Source: an uncultured Lachnospiraceae bacterium (GTDB lineage Bacteria; Bacillota; Clostridia; Lachnospirales; Lachnospiraceae). Taken from it: a stretch of 64,000 nucleotides of DNA. Within the stretch, counting starts at the first letter, position 1. Every line of letters starts with the position of its first letter. A model generated the notes under the pieces. That model did not search any database. It was given only the letters and a program-made list of their open reading frames with translations, and was not told the DNA's origin. Shown here in pieces: positions 21,311 through 31,193 of the stretch. A program made the position numbers and the translations under genes. Where the stretch lies: assembly GCA_947630925.1 (NCBI GenBank), contig CANRJM010000004.1:70170-134169 (forward strand). Reading direction: 5' to 3'.

Positions 21311-21796
21311 TTATATCGTTTTTACTGGTTTTCCTACTGACTTTATTACAAAATCTCCGCTTTCCGGATAAAATTCCACGGTACGTCCAAAATTTTCTCC
21401 TGTATCCTCGGACAATATCCGAATTCCCAACTGTTTTAACTTTTTTTTGACCGCCAGTACATTTCTTTCGCCAATACGCAGCATATCACTGTTTCCAGAA
21501 AATGCAAACATCTGTGCGCCTCCTGCAATTTTTGCGGTCAGCATACTGCGTTTTGCTCCATTCTTTTCCATAACTTCAATTAACATATCAATTCCGGTAT
21601 CCGCAAATTTTGCCCTGTTCTGATTCTGACGAACCTGTGTGCTATCAGGCAGCATAATATGAACCAGACCCGCTAACGCCTTGGATTTATCATATAAAGC
21701 AACTCCGACACAGGAGCCAAGCCCCAGTGTGGTTATTGCATCCGGCGCATGACAGATATTTAAATCCGCCATTCCCACTTTTACCATTTCTGCCAT
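21311..21796 (-). CDS. cheD: Chemoreceptor glutamine deamidase CheD
   Basis: 161 aa. ITTLGLGSCVGVALYD contains the catalytic Cys region. Confidence 0.9.
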   Translation of the reverse strand: MAEMVKVGMADLNICHAPDAITTLGLGSCVGVALYDKSKALAGLVHIMLPDSTQVRQNQNRAKFADTGIDMLIEVMEKNGAKRSMLTAKIAGGAQMFAFSGNSDMLRIGERNVLAVKKKLKQLGIRILSEDTGENFGRTVEFYPESGDFVIKSVGKPVKTI

Positions 21797-21798
21797 TT

Positions 21799-22419
21799 TT
21801 ATTCCCCTAATCCTAAAGACTTCATTATACGCTTATAAGACTCCATTGTAGGAATCAGAATAAAATAACCGCTAATATCAATATCCATATCTTTAAACTG
21901 TGATTCGATCAATAAAGCTTCATCGCCAAGCTTTCCAAATTCAATCGCAGGAACGCTTAAAATTGCTCCCGCCATATCAAAGGCAAGGCTTGGAACCGAT
22001 ACTGAAATTTCCAAACCAGTCATGGAAGAAATAGCAGATAAATAGGCTCCTGAAATAATATTACCAATTTCCTGAAGCGCTGATTTTTCCATATCCGTAA
22101 ACGAACTGTCATCATCTGCTCCGGAACCGATTAGCCGACGCACCAGTAAATGTGCCGCTGAACTTTCCAACATAAACAGCATTGTTCCATTAATGTCTCT
22201 GTCAATGGAAAGAAGAATACCTGCCACTAAGGTTTCTGCACCGCCGACTACTTCCGCTAACTCTGCAAATGACAGCATTTCTACTTTAGGGACACGCATA
22301 TCAATTCTTGCATTGATAAGTTGGGACAATGCAGTCGTTGCATTGCCCGCTCCAATATTTCCTATCTCTGTTAATACATCAAACTCCATGCTGTCCATGC
22401 TTCTCTGCTTTTCCTGCAT
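21799..22419 (-). CDS. cheC: CheY-P phosphatase CheC
   Basis: EIGNIGAGNATTALSQL and QEIGNIISGAYLSAIS are the duplicated CheC motifs. I prefer the ATG at 22419 (GAGGGA RBS); the ORF-track start is 22431. Confidence 0.85.
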   Translation of the reverse strand: MQEKQRSMDSMEFDVLTEIGNIGAGNATTALSQLINARIDMRVPKVEMLSFAELAEVVGGAETLVAGILLSIDRDINGTMLFMLESSAAHLLVRRLIGSGADDDSSFTDMEKSALQEIGNIISGAYLSAISSMTGLEISVSVPSLAFDMAGAILSVPAIEFGKLGDEALLIESQFKDMDIDISGYFILIPTMESYKRIMKSLGLGE

Positions 22420-22449
22420 AGATTCCCTCATTTCTATATTGCAATGATT

Positions 22450-22486
22450 TTAAGGTTGTTCCGGGAAAACCCTGGCACAACCTTAA
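22450..22486 (-). other. Stable stem-loop between cheW and cheC with no U-tract
   Basis: TTAAGGTTGT pairs with ACAACCTTAA (10 bp), extended by an inner GGG/CCC pairing. Confidence 0.5.
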
Positions 22487-22506
22487 TTAAACAACTGTTT
22501 CTAATT

Positions 22507-22989
22507 TTAATTATTTGTTTCTTTTTCAATAATAACTGAAGCGATATTTAACAGAGTGATTAAACCGTCCTCATGCTTTCCAACTCCGCTTAGATATTGA
22601 AGCTGAACTTCATTTGAATCAGTAGAATTCGGATTCTCAATGGAATCCTCATCCAAAGTTACCACTTCTCTGACTTCATCTACCATAATTCCAATTGCAG
22701 ACTGCGATTCCAGCTTAATAATAATAATACGGGTTGCATTGGTATATTTATCCGGTTCCAATCCAAACTTCAACCGCAGGCTCATAACAGGAATGATTTC
22801 GCCACGGAGATTGATCACTCCTTTAAAAAAGTCCTGTGCGCTTGGAATACGGGTAATCCGCTGATTTCTTACAATATTATCGACATATTTGATATCAATA
22901 CCATACTGCTCGCTTCCCAAACGAACTACAATATATTGTTTTCCCTCGCCAACCGTTTCTAAATTTTGAATATCCTTAATATCGTCCAT
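22507..22989 (-). CDS. cheW: Chemotaxis coupling protein CheW
   Basis: 160 aa. YIVVRLGSEQYGIDIKYV...INLRGEIIPV... is CheW-like. Confidence 0.9.
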   Translation of the reverse strand: MDDIKDIQNLETVGEGKQYIVVRLGSEQYGIDIKYVDNIVRNQRITRIPSAQDFFKGVINLRGEIIPVMSLRLKFGLEPDKYTNATRIIIIKLESQSAIGIMVDEVREVVTLDEDSIENPNSTDSNEVQLQYLSGVGKHEDGLITLLNIASVIIEKETNN

Positions 22990-23001
22990 TGTTACGCCCC
23001 C

Positions 23002-25128
23002 TTACACTAAAGTATTTACTTCAAGAATAAGTGCAATCTCACCATCGCCAAGAATTGTAGCACCGCCTATTAACTTGCTGCAATGAATGTAATCGCCAAT
23101 TGACTTGATAACGATTTCCTGTTGACCAATCAGATTGTCAACCACCAGACCGGCCTGCTTATCGCCCTTCTTAACAATGACAACTGTTAAACTTTCCGGC
23201 TCAAAATCGCCCGGTTCTACATTCAGTAATTGATTCAGACGAATCAAAGGAATGACGCTTCCGCGAAGATTGATCACTTCACGCGTCTGAACATGCTTTA
23301 CATCCGTAAACGCTACATCTTCTATTGTCTGGATGCTTCCCAGAGGGATTGCGTACTTTTCTTTCCCCAGCTCAACCATAAGAGCCTGAATGATGGCAAG
23401 CGTCAGCGGCAGGCGAATAATAAAGCTGCTTCCTTCGCCAAGGGCAGAACGGCATTCAATATTACCGCCCAGGCCTTCGATTTTTGTCTTAACAACATCC
23501 AGACCAACACCACGGCCGGAAACATCAGTAATCTTTTCTGCCGTTGAAAAACTAGGCTTAAACAACAAATCAATAAATTCTTTGTCTGTCATAACTTCTG
23601 CCTGTTCCGGAGTAATAGACCCCTTTTCCAGAGCCTTCTTTTTGATTTTTTCCACATCAATTCCGCCGCCGTCATCACGAACTTCAATGTTTACATTATT
23701 TCCATCCTGGTATGCGTCCAAATAGATATTCCCCACTTCTTCTTTGCCCAGGGCAATTCGTTCTTCATTGGACTCCAGACCATGATCTGCCGCATTACGC
23801 AGCAAATGCTGTAACGGGTCGCCGATTTCATCAATAACCGTTCTATCCAGCTCAGTTTCTTCACCGGACATATGTAATTCCATTTTCTTGCCCAACTTTT
23901 TATTCAAATCACGAATCATACGCGGGAAACGGCTGACAACGCTTTCAATCGGAACCATTCGAACCTTCATAACAGACTCATGCAGATTTGTCGTAACACT
24001 CTCCAAATATTCAATCTGTTCATTAAAATCAGTATCCGTCCTGCTTTCATCAGCAGAACTCATAGAAACCAGACCATTCTTTGCAATGATCAACTCGCTG
24101 ACCAGGTTCATCAATACATCCAGTTTTTCTATATCTACGCGGACGGTTCTTCCAACAGTTGGTTTTGCTGTCTTCTGAGCCGGATGCTTCGTTTCCTTCT
24201 TTTTTGTATCTGCAGTTGCTGCCGGTACGTTTTTAGAAGTTTTTTCCGGTGCTGCCGGTACTGCCGGTGCTGCTGGCTGTTCATTCGTCTCTGCGCTTTC
24301 TGCCGCCTGTTCCACTGTCCCGGATTTTTCTTCCTGATTGGAGGCAATTTCAAACGGACCTATGACAGCTTCTTTTATCTCAGATACAGCTTCTATTGTA
24401 GTTTTAATCTTATCGGCATTCTCATTGGTAAAGAAGATAATACTGAAATCCATGTCAAACTTCTCATCTTCAATATCCTGTACGCTCGGAGAAGCTTTCA
24501 TTACCTCGCCCAATTCTTCCAATGCCTTAAATACTAAGAACGCTCTTGCTGCTTTTAAAATACAGGTCTCCTGTAAATATACAGTAATGCCAAAAATATT
24601 CTGGTTCTGTTTCTTTGCCTTATCAAAGGTATTCTGATCATATTCCGTAATCTTAATTTCTTTATATTTGGCAGCATCTCCAGAAACGGTCTGCGCTGGT
24701 GCCGGCGCTGGTTTTTCTTCTTTCGGTGTATTATCTTTACCGGTTGCCTGCTTCGCAATGGAGTTCAGCGTATTGATGATCTCCTCATTCTCCTCGGTTC
24801 CCTCATTTGCAGTTTCCATGATCTCTGCCAGATATGCCTCTAAAGCATCCAGCCCGCGGAACAATACGTCCACCAATTCCGGCTGAACTTTCATGTTTTC
24901 ACTACGAATTTCCTGGAAAACATTTTCCATATCATGCGTCAAACGCTGCATACGCTTGAATCCCATGGTTCCCGCCATTCCTTTTAACGAATGGGCTGCC
25001 CGGAAAATCTCATTGATCGTATCCATGTTTTCCGGTTCCTGCTCTAAGATCATCAACTGATCGCTTAGAGTCTGTAAATGTTCTTTTGTCTCATCAATAA
25101 AAATTTCAAGATACTGACTAACGTCCAT
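23002..25128 (-). CDS. cheA: Chemotaxis histidine kinase CheA
   Basis: Hpt domain with FRAAHSLKG, the HATPase region (DDGGGID, GRGVGLDVV), and a C-terminal CheW-like domain. The ATG at 25128 lies 1 nt after the cheB stop. Confidence 0.95.
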   Translation of the reverse strand: MDVSQYLEIFIDETKEHLQTLSDQLMILEQEPENMDTINEIFRAAHSLKGMAGTMGFKRMQRLTHDMENVFQEIRSENMKVQPELVDVLFRGLDALEAYLAEIMETANEGTEENEEIINTLNSIAKQATGKDNTPKEEKPAPAPAQTVSGDAAKYKEIKITEYDQNTFDKAKKQNQNIFGITVYLQETCILKAARAFLVFKALEELGEVMKASPSVQDIEDEKFDMDFSIIFFTNENADKIKTTIEAVSEIKEAVIGPFEIASNQEEKSGTVEQAAESAETNEQPAAPAVPAAPEKTSKNVPAATADTKKKETKHPAQKTAKPTVGRTVRVDIEKLDVLMNLVSELIIAKNGLVSMSSADESRTDTDFNEQIEYLESVTTNLHESVMKVRMVPIESVVSRFPRMIRDLNKKLGKKMELHMSGEETELDRTVIDEIGDPLQHLLRNAADHGLESNEERIALGKEEVGNIYLDAYQDGNNVNIEVRDDGGGIDVEKIKKKALEKGSITPEQAEVMTDKEFIDLLFKPSFSTAEKITDVSGRGVGLDVVKTKIEGLGGNIECRSALGEGSSFIIRLPLTLAIIQALMVELGKEKYAIPLGSIQTIEDVAFTDVKHVQTREVINLRGSVIPLIRLNQLLNVEPGDFEPESLTVVIVKKGDKQAGLVVDNLIGQQEIVIKSIGDYIHCSKLIGGATILGDGEIALILEVNTLV

Positions 25129-25129
25129 T

Positions 25130-26248
25130 TTAGCGCACCCCCACATGCTTTGTTATTGCATCTGCAATTTCTTTCAGCGTCACAACCTCATCTACGGCAT
25201 CCGCCTCTGCAATTGCCTTTGGCATCCCGTATACGGTAGAACTTGATTCATCCTGTGCAATAACGTAAATTTTATTTGTTTGCTCTAGTTGTAGTATTCC
25301 CTTCGTGCCGTCTGCTCCCATCCCTGTCATTACCACGCAGGTAATCTCGTCATAAGACGAATTTTTCAGTGATTCGTACATAATGTCTGCGCATGGTTTC
25401 AAACCATTTCTGGCAGCTTCCGCAGTCACAGAAAGACTATGCTCCTTTTTTCCCTTTTCTATCATACGCATCTGGTAACCGCCCTTTGCCAGATATACGA
25501 CTCCTTTCTTTAAAGAATCGCCATCCTCTGCTTCTTTTACTTTTACCCTGCTTAATTCATCCAGACGTTTGCTTAACGAAGAAGTAAATCCTTCCGGCAT
25601 ATGCTGCACAATCAAAACTGCCGCATCCAGATTTGCCGGTAAAAATGGAATGACATATTGCAAAGCTTTTGGTCCGCCGGTTGAGCATGCGAGCGCAACC
25701 AACTTCCTTTTTCCTCCACCCAAAGGCTTTTTGGAATGTCTGGCGGAATTACTTTTCAGCTTTATTTCAGCACTTTTTCCAATCTCTGTTGTTTCTCCTG
25801 CCTTCTGCTGTGTTTCGCCCGGCTTTCCGTCGCCGGAAGATCCGGTAGTAAGGTCGGCGGCAACATACAGCATGGAAAGCAGACGATGACTAAAAGAAGA
25901 GCCTTTTGCTTCTGCCAGACTGTCAGGTTTCGTAACGAAATCAAAAGCTCCGAGCTCCAATGCCTGAATGGTTTCCTTTGCGCCTTCTTTTGCAAGGGTG
26001 CTGACAATCAGCACTCTTTCCTGACGCCCGCGTCTCTTGAGCTCGCGCAGGAACTCAATTCCGTTCATCTTTGGCATATTAATGTCTAATACAATCACAT
26101 CAAATTTCTCTTCTGATTCCAATATCCGCAATGCTTCTAAGCCATTGATCGCATAGTGCTGAGCTTGAAAATTACCATCTGCGTTTATTATATCAAACAG
26201 AACTCTTCTCATAAGTGCAGAATCATCTACAACTAATATATTTTTCAT
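25130..26248 (-). CDS. cheB: Protein-glutamate methylesterase / response regulator CheB
   Basis: Receiver domain MKNILVVDDSALMRR...DINMPKMNG, followed by a methylesterase domain (ACSTGGP, ...GMGADG). Confidence 0.93.
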   Translation of the reverse strand: MKNILVVDDSALMRRVLFDIINADGNFQAQHYAINGLEALRILESEEKFDVIVLDINMPKMNGIEFLRELKRRGRQERVLIVSTLAKEGAKETIQALELGAFDFVTKPDSLAEAKGSSFSHRLLSMLYVAADLTTGSSGDGKPGETQQKAGETTEIGKSAEIKLKSNSARHSKKPLGGGKRKLVALACSTGGPKALQYVIPFLPANLDAAVLIVQHMPEGFTSSLSKRLDELSRVKVKEAEDGDSLKKGVVYLAKGGYQMRMIEKGKKEHSLSVTAEAARNGLKPCADIMYESLKNSSYDEITCVVMTGMGADGTKGILQLEQTNKIYVIAQDESSSTVYGMPKAIAEADAVDEVVTLKEIADAITKHVGVR

Positions 26249-26258
26249 AACACCCTCC

Positions 26259-27014
26259 TCAATTCCAGTTTTTTTTCATGGCATCCCTTTCTAACCGAAA
26301 TGCAAAACAAATAATTTGTTCTCTCTCCTGCTCAGAAAGCCCCACATATTTCATGCGGATATCATAGCATTTCTGATTGTTGGGCATCCGATTGGAATAC
26401 ACAACCTGCCCGACTATATTTAACTCTACTGCAATCTCCCCGGAAAGAATTTCAAATTGTACCAACAGATAATCATGAAAATTTACTTTTCTCCCGGTTG
26501 TAAAACGAATCCCGCCTCCGCTGATATCTACCATGGAGTCTTCAAAAGATTCCGTCTGCTCCGGCTGTTTTGCAAACAACGGATTCCCAGTCCTATTTTC
26601 TAATAATTCTTTTACCTGCGCTTCCTCTAGCGGCTGCATTTTGATTTTGGAATGGCAGGACACCCTCTGGTACATTCTCCTCTGGATTTTTTCCAAAGGC
26701 GACGCCACTTCCACGCATATATAATTTTTCCCCTCGTCAGCATACATCGAATGATAATGTATGCTGCATCGATATAAAGATTCCGCCGTATAGATATGTA
26801 ACATATAGCAGATTTCCTTTTTTAACTCCGGAAACGGCTCTTCCTTTATCATTAGTTCCATTTCTGAATCTGAAATGATTTTTGCAACCTGTCCGGAGCA
26901 TATCTGTATCTCTCTGGTATCTACCAAATCATCTACGACCTGTCCTATATGGTATATTTTTATCAAAGCGCTTTGATTAATATGATCATTCAGCATTGTT
27001 TTCCCCTTCTTCAA
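26259..27014 (-). CDS. PilZ-domain protein, a YcgR/MotI-like flagellar brake candidate
   Basis: 251 aa. The canonical c-di-GMP binding motifs RRMYQR (RxxxR) and DISGGGIRF (DxSxxG) are present. Its start overlaps the flhG stop. Confidence 0.75.
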   Translation of the reverse strand: MKKGKTMLNDHINQSALIKIYHIGQVVDDLVDTREIQICSGQVAKIISDSEMELMIKEEPFPELKKEICYMLHIYTAESLYRCSIHYHSMYADEGKNYICVEVASPLEKIQRRMYQRVSCHSKIKMQPLEEAQVKELLENRTGNPLFAKQPEQTESFEDSMVDISGGGIRFTTGRKVNFHDYLLVQFEILSGEIAVELNIVGQVVYSNRMPNNQKCYDIRMKYVGLSEQEREQIICFAFRLERDAMKKNWN

Positions 27015-27892
27015 ACCTTTTTATAATGAAACATCCTGGTCAAAAGCCCCGACAGCCCTTTGCTCTGCCCCTGTTCGATACCGTCTTTCCTATTCTCTAA
27101 AAACATTGCCATTTCCAGTATTGCACGCGAAGATGCTGCATTGGGATAGGCAAGCGATACCGGCAGTTGTTTCATAACTGCCTTCAACAGTTTTTCATCA
27201 TATGGTATGTATCCGAGATATTCCATTTTCATTTTCAGGAACTTCTTAACAACGGTATCCAATTTATCAAACAATTCTTTTCCTTCATCATATCCATGAG
27301 TGCGGTTTGCCACCATCCGGATTTTGGAATGATTCTTATAAAATTCCGGCTTCCTGCAAAGCGTCTTCAGCAAAGCATAGGCATCTGTAATCGAGGTTGG
27401 TTCCGGTGTTGCGACAAGCAGCACTTCAGAACTTGCCATGACCAGCTCGATTACATTATCGGAAATTCCCGCTCCCGTGTCAATGATGACAACATCTGCA
27501 ATGTTGTCCAGTCCGTATATCATCCGAACGAGATTCTGTACCTGGTCGCGGCTTAGGTTTGTCATTTCCCGCAATCCTGAACCGCCGGAAATAAACCCAA
27601 TGTTTTCCGGTCCGGCAGAAATAACATCGCGAAGCGATTTTCCTTTGAACATCATGTCCGCCAAATTGTACTGCGGACGGATTCCAAGCATAACTTCTAC
27701 ATTTGCCAGCCCAAAATCCGCATCCAAAATAACGACTTTTTTATCCAGCCGGCTTAACTGAATCGCAAGATTGACAGAAATGTTGGACTTCCCAACACCG
27801 CCTTTTCCGCTGGTAACGGTAATGACTCTTGCCAAATGCTGTTGTTTATTCTGCTGTTTTATGATATTTCTTAACTGATCTGCCTGATCCAT
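27011..27892 (-). CDS. flhG: MinD/ParA-type ATPase FlhG (YlxH)
   Basis: The deviant Walker A motif is SGKGGVGKS. Located directly after flhF. Confidence 0.85.
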   Translation of the reverse strand: MDQADQLRNIIKQQNKQQHLARVITVTSGKGGVGKSNISVNLAIQLSRLDKKVVILDADFGLANVEVMLGIRPQYNLADMMFKGKSLRDVISAGPENIGFISGGSGLREMTNLSRDQVQNLVRMIYGLDNIADVVIIDTGAGISDNVIELVMASSEVLLVATPEPTSITDAYALLKTLCRKPEFYKNHSKIRMVANRTHGYDEGKELFDKLDTVVKKFLKMKMEYLGYIPYDEKLLKAVMKQLPVSLAYPNAASSRAILEMAMFLENRKDGIEQGQSKGLSGLLTRMFHYKKV

Positions 27893-29142
27893 CAGCTATT
27901 TCCTCCCAAGAGTTGCTTTGCAATGTTTTGCGCATCGACTTTCCCAATGTCGTCCGGTACATTTTGTCCCCATGTTGTATAAGAAAGGGGAGCTCCCGTC
28001 AGCATATGGATATTAAAAATATTTCCAATCGTTTCTGTTTCATCTAACTTTGTGAAAATCAGATTATATTTTGTCATCTCTGAATAGGCTGTAGAAATTT
28101 TAACCAAATCCTTATATTTTGTTGTCGCACTCAATACCAGAAAGACTTCCCGGTTCTCTTCCGGCACCGTTTCCATCAACTTTCGGATATCCTCTCTCTG
28201 TTCCGGATTATTGTGCGAACGGCCTGCCGTATCTACAAATACCAGCTCAAACTCTCGCAGTTCCTCTATGGCATGCGTCATATCCTCTGCGGAATATACT
28301 ACCTGAAGCGGGATCCCCAGGATATTTGCATATGTTTTTAACTGCTCTACTGCAGCAATCCGGTAAGTGTCCGAAGTAATCAGAGCAACCTTTGTTTTTT
28401 TCGTCAGCTTTAAAGTAGAAGCAATTTTAGCAATGGTAGTTGTTTTTCCAACGCCGGTTGGCCCTACAAAAAAAATAAATTTTGTCTTTTTAGTTTTAAT
28501 ATCAATCAAACGAGGCTGGCCAATCTTAAGCACAATCTTCTGATATACGCCTGCCAGAATACTATCCAGATTCGCATTCTTGCTAAGATTTTCAGAAATA
28601 TCCTCCAAAATCTGATCCACATAAGTTTCTTCTACTTCATTATCAAGCAGTTTCTTGCGAATCAGATCAAAATATGCATGATTTACATTTTCCTCGTCTT
28701 TCTCTTCCTGCTCCTCTTTTGCCGCCTGCATCTGTTCCCGCAGCAAATCCTGCAGACTGTTCAGCCGCTCCTCAATATGGCTTGTATCGGTTTCTTTTTT
28801 TGAAGAAGACAATTTTTGTTCCTCCTCTTCTTTCAGGCTCTCTTTTTTGGCCGCAGGGACTTCCTGCTTATTTTTTTGGGCATCTGCTTCTAAGACAGCA
28901 TTCGTCTCACGGATTGCTTCCTGCAGTTTGCTGAAATCCGGAAGATTCTCCTGTTTTTCCTGCGCATCCAGCGTTTCATCTATGGCGGCCGTTATCTCAA
29001 CCGAAGGCTTTCGAAAAAACTTCATAATGCCTTTTGGATTCTTCTTTTTGGTATTCATAATAACTACGTCATTTCCCAATTCTGCTTTCGCCATACGGAC
29101 TGCTTCATCCTCCGTAATTGCTATATACTTTCTGATAACCAT
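27892..29142 (-). CDS. flhF: Flagellar biosynthesis SRP-type GTPase FlhF
   Basis: GPTGVGKTTTIAKIA, DTAGR and TKLDET G-motifs. Confidence 0.9.
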   Translation of the reverse strand: MVIRKYIAITEDEAVRMAKAELGNDVVIMNTKKKNPKGIMKFFRKPSVEITAAIDETLDAQEKQENLPDFSKLQEAIRETNAVLEADAQKNKQEVPAAKKESLKEEEEQKLSSSKKETDTSHIEERLNSLQDLLREQMQAAKEEQEEKDEENVNHAYFDLIRKKLLDNEVEETYVDQILEDISENLSKNANLDSILAGVYQKIVLKIGQPRLIDIKTKKTKFIFFVGPTGVGKTTTIAKIASTLKLTKKTKVALITSDTYRIAAVEQLKTYANILGIPLQVVYSAEDMTHAIEELREFELVFVDTAGRSHNNPEQREDIRKLMETVPEENREVFLVLSATTKYKDLVKISTAYSEMTKYNLIFTKLDETETIGNIFNIHMLTGAPLSYTTWGQNVPDDIGKVDAQNIAKQLLGGNS

Positions 29143-31172
29143 TATACTGTCACCATCCCTATAGATTGTAATTCAACGTCCGTATCAATTTCATTGTAGG
29201 ATACGACGATTAAATCCTTAAACTGATCTAATGTCAACTGCTTAAAGTACATTCGCACAATAGGCGAAGTAACGATGATCGGATTCTTTCCGAGTTCCTC
29301 CATCTTTTCCATCTCTTCCTGCACAGAATTTAAAATACTCTGCGTCTTCTCAGGATCTAAATTGATATATGCTCCCTGCTCCGTCTGTTTGATAGAATTC
29401 ATAATGTCCTGCTCAATCTTTGGATCCAGTGTTACCACGCTTGTCATCTCATTGGCAGGGAAATATTTATTAGAAATCGCTCTCTTTAAGCTCTGTCTGA
29501 CATATTCCGTCAAAACATCCGTATCGCGTGTCATGGATGCATTGTCTGCCAGGGATTCAAAGATCGTGACCAAATCCCGGATAGAAATCCCCTCCCGCAG
29601 CAGGTTCTGCAATACTTTCTGAATATCCCCCACACTAAGAAGCTTTGGCACCAGATCGGATATTAATGTAGTATTTGCTTCTTGGATATTATTAATCAGG
29701 TTCTGCACATCCTGTCTGGTCAGCAGTTCGTCCAGATGATTTCTGATAATCTCCGTCAAATGCGTTGCAATGATGGAAGGCGGATCTACAACGGTATAAC
29801 CTAATGACTCTGCCCGCTCTCTCTGCGATTCTGTAATCCAAATCGCCGGCAAATGGAAAGACGGCTCAAAAGTAGGAATACCGGTAATCTCCTCTTCTAC
29901 ATATCCCGGATTCATGGCCATATAATGGTCAAACAGGATTTCTCCTTCACTGACAGGCACTCCTTTGATCTTGATAACATACTGATTTGGGTTCAACTGA
30001 ATATTATCACGCAGACGAATCATTGGCACGACGCACCCAAGTTCCAAGGCAATCTGCCGTCGAATCATAACGACGCGGTCAAGCAAATCTCCGCCCTGAT
30101 TGACATCTGCCAAAGGAATGATCCCGTATCCAAACTCCAACTCAATCGGATCGACCTGCAGCAGGGAAACGACATTCTCCGGCCTTCTGATCTCCTCGGC
30201 AGATTCTTCCTCTTCGTCTACCTCATTTTCAATCTCGACATTCTCCATCGTTGCTTCAATCGCGCGTCCCGCTACAATAAAGAGAATTGCATAGCAAAGA
30301 CAGATGATCGTCGGCAACGGAGTAAATGCTAACACGACAAGCGTAATTCCAACCAGATATAAGACCTTTGGGATGGAAAAGAGCTGCCTTAATAATACAT
30401 TGCCCAAGTCGGACTCTTTCGAAACCTTTGTTACCAAGATACCGGTGGACAGCGAAATAACCAGAGAAGGGATCTGGCTGACCAAACCGTCGCCAATGGT
30501 AAGAATGCAATAGCGTTGCAGGGCTTCCATCGCATCCATCCCCTGTAAGACAATCCCCAGAACCAGCCCGCCGATAAAGTTAATGACCGTAATGACAATG
30601 CCCGCCGTGGCGTCTCCCTTTACATACTTAGTCGCACCATCCATAGCGCCGAAAAACGTGGATTCATCCTGAATCTTCTGACGTCTCTCTTTTGCCTGAT
30701 CATCATTGATGGCACCGGTATTCAAATCGGCATCAATCGCCATCTGTTTACCGGGCATAGCGTCCAGAGTAAAACGCGCTGTTACTTCCGCAACACGTTC
30801 GGATCCCTTGTTGATAACAATCAACTGTATTAAAATTAAGATCAAAAATATAATAATACCAACAACCAGATTACCCCCGCCAACGAAATTACCAAATGCA
30901 TTTACAACTTCCCCGGCATATCCGTATAACAGGATATTACGTGTGGAGCTGACATTCAGCGCCATACGGAACAGAGTAGTAATCAGCAATAATGTGGGAA
31001 AGCTTGACATATTTAATGCTTCTTTGGAAAATAATGCATTAAATAAGATAATCAGTGCAATGGAAAGATTTAATAGCATCATCACATCCAACAGCACCGT
31101 AGGCACCGGTATAATCAAAAAGATAACCGGAACCAGTATGTAAATCCCCAACATAACATCTGTTTTTTTCAT
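29142..31172 (-). CDS. flhA: Flagellar export apparatus protein FlhA
   Basis: 676 aa. TM domain with the FHIPEP-like stretch RFTLDAMPGKQMAIDADLN, and a large cytoplasmic domain. Confidence 0.97.
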   Translation of the reverse strand: MKKTDVMLGIYILVPVIFLIIPVPTVLLDVMMLLNLSIALIILFNALFSKEALNMSSFPTLLLITTLFRMALNVSSTRNILLYGYAGEVVNAFGNFVGGGNLVVGIIIFLILILIQLIVINKGSERVAEVTARFTLDAMPGKQMAIDADLNTGAINDDQAKERRQKIQDESTFFGAMDGATKYVKGDATAGIVITVINFIGGLVLGIVLQGMDAMEALQRYCILTIGDGLVSQIPSLVISLSTGILVTKVSKESDLGNVLLRQLFSIPKVLYLVGITLVVLAFTPLPTIICLCYAILFIVAGRAIEATMENVEIENEVDEEEESAEEIRRPENVVSLLQVDPIELEFGYGIIPLADVNQGGDLLDRVVMIRRQIALELGCVVPMIRLRDNIQLNPNQYVIKIKGVPVSEGEILFDHYMAMNPGYVEEEITGIPTFEPSFHLPAIWITESQRERAESLGYTVVDPPSIIATHLTEIIRNHLDELLTRQDVQNLINNIQEANTTLISDLVPKLLSVGDIQKVLQNLLREGISIRDLVTIFESLADNASMTRDTDVLTEYVRQSLKRAISNKYFPANEMTSVVTLDPKIEQDIMNSIKQTEQGAYINLDPEKTQSILNSVQEEMEKMEELGKNPIIVTSPIVRMYFKQLTLDQFKDLIVVSYNEIDTDVELQSIGMVTV

Positions 31173-31193
31173 TGTTTGTCTCCTCTGTTTTCC

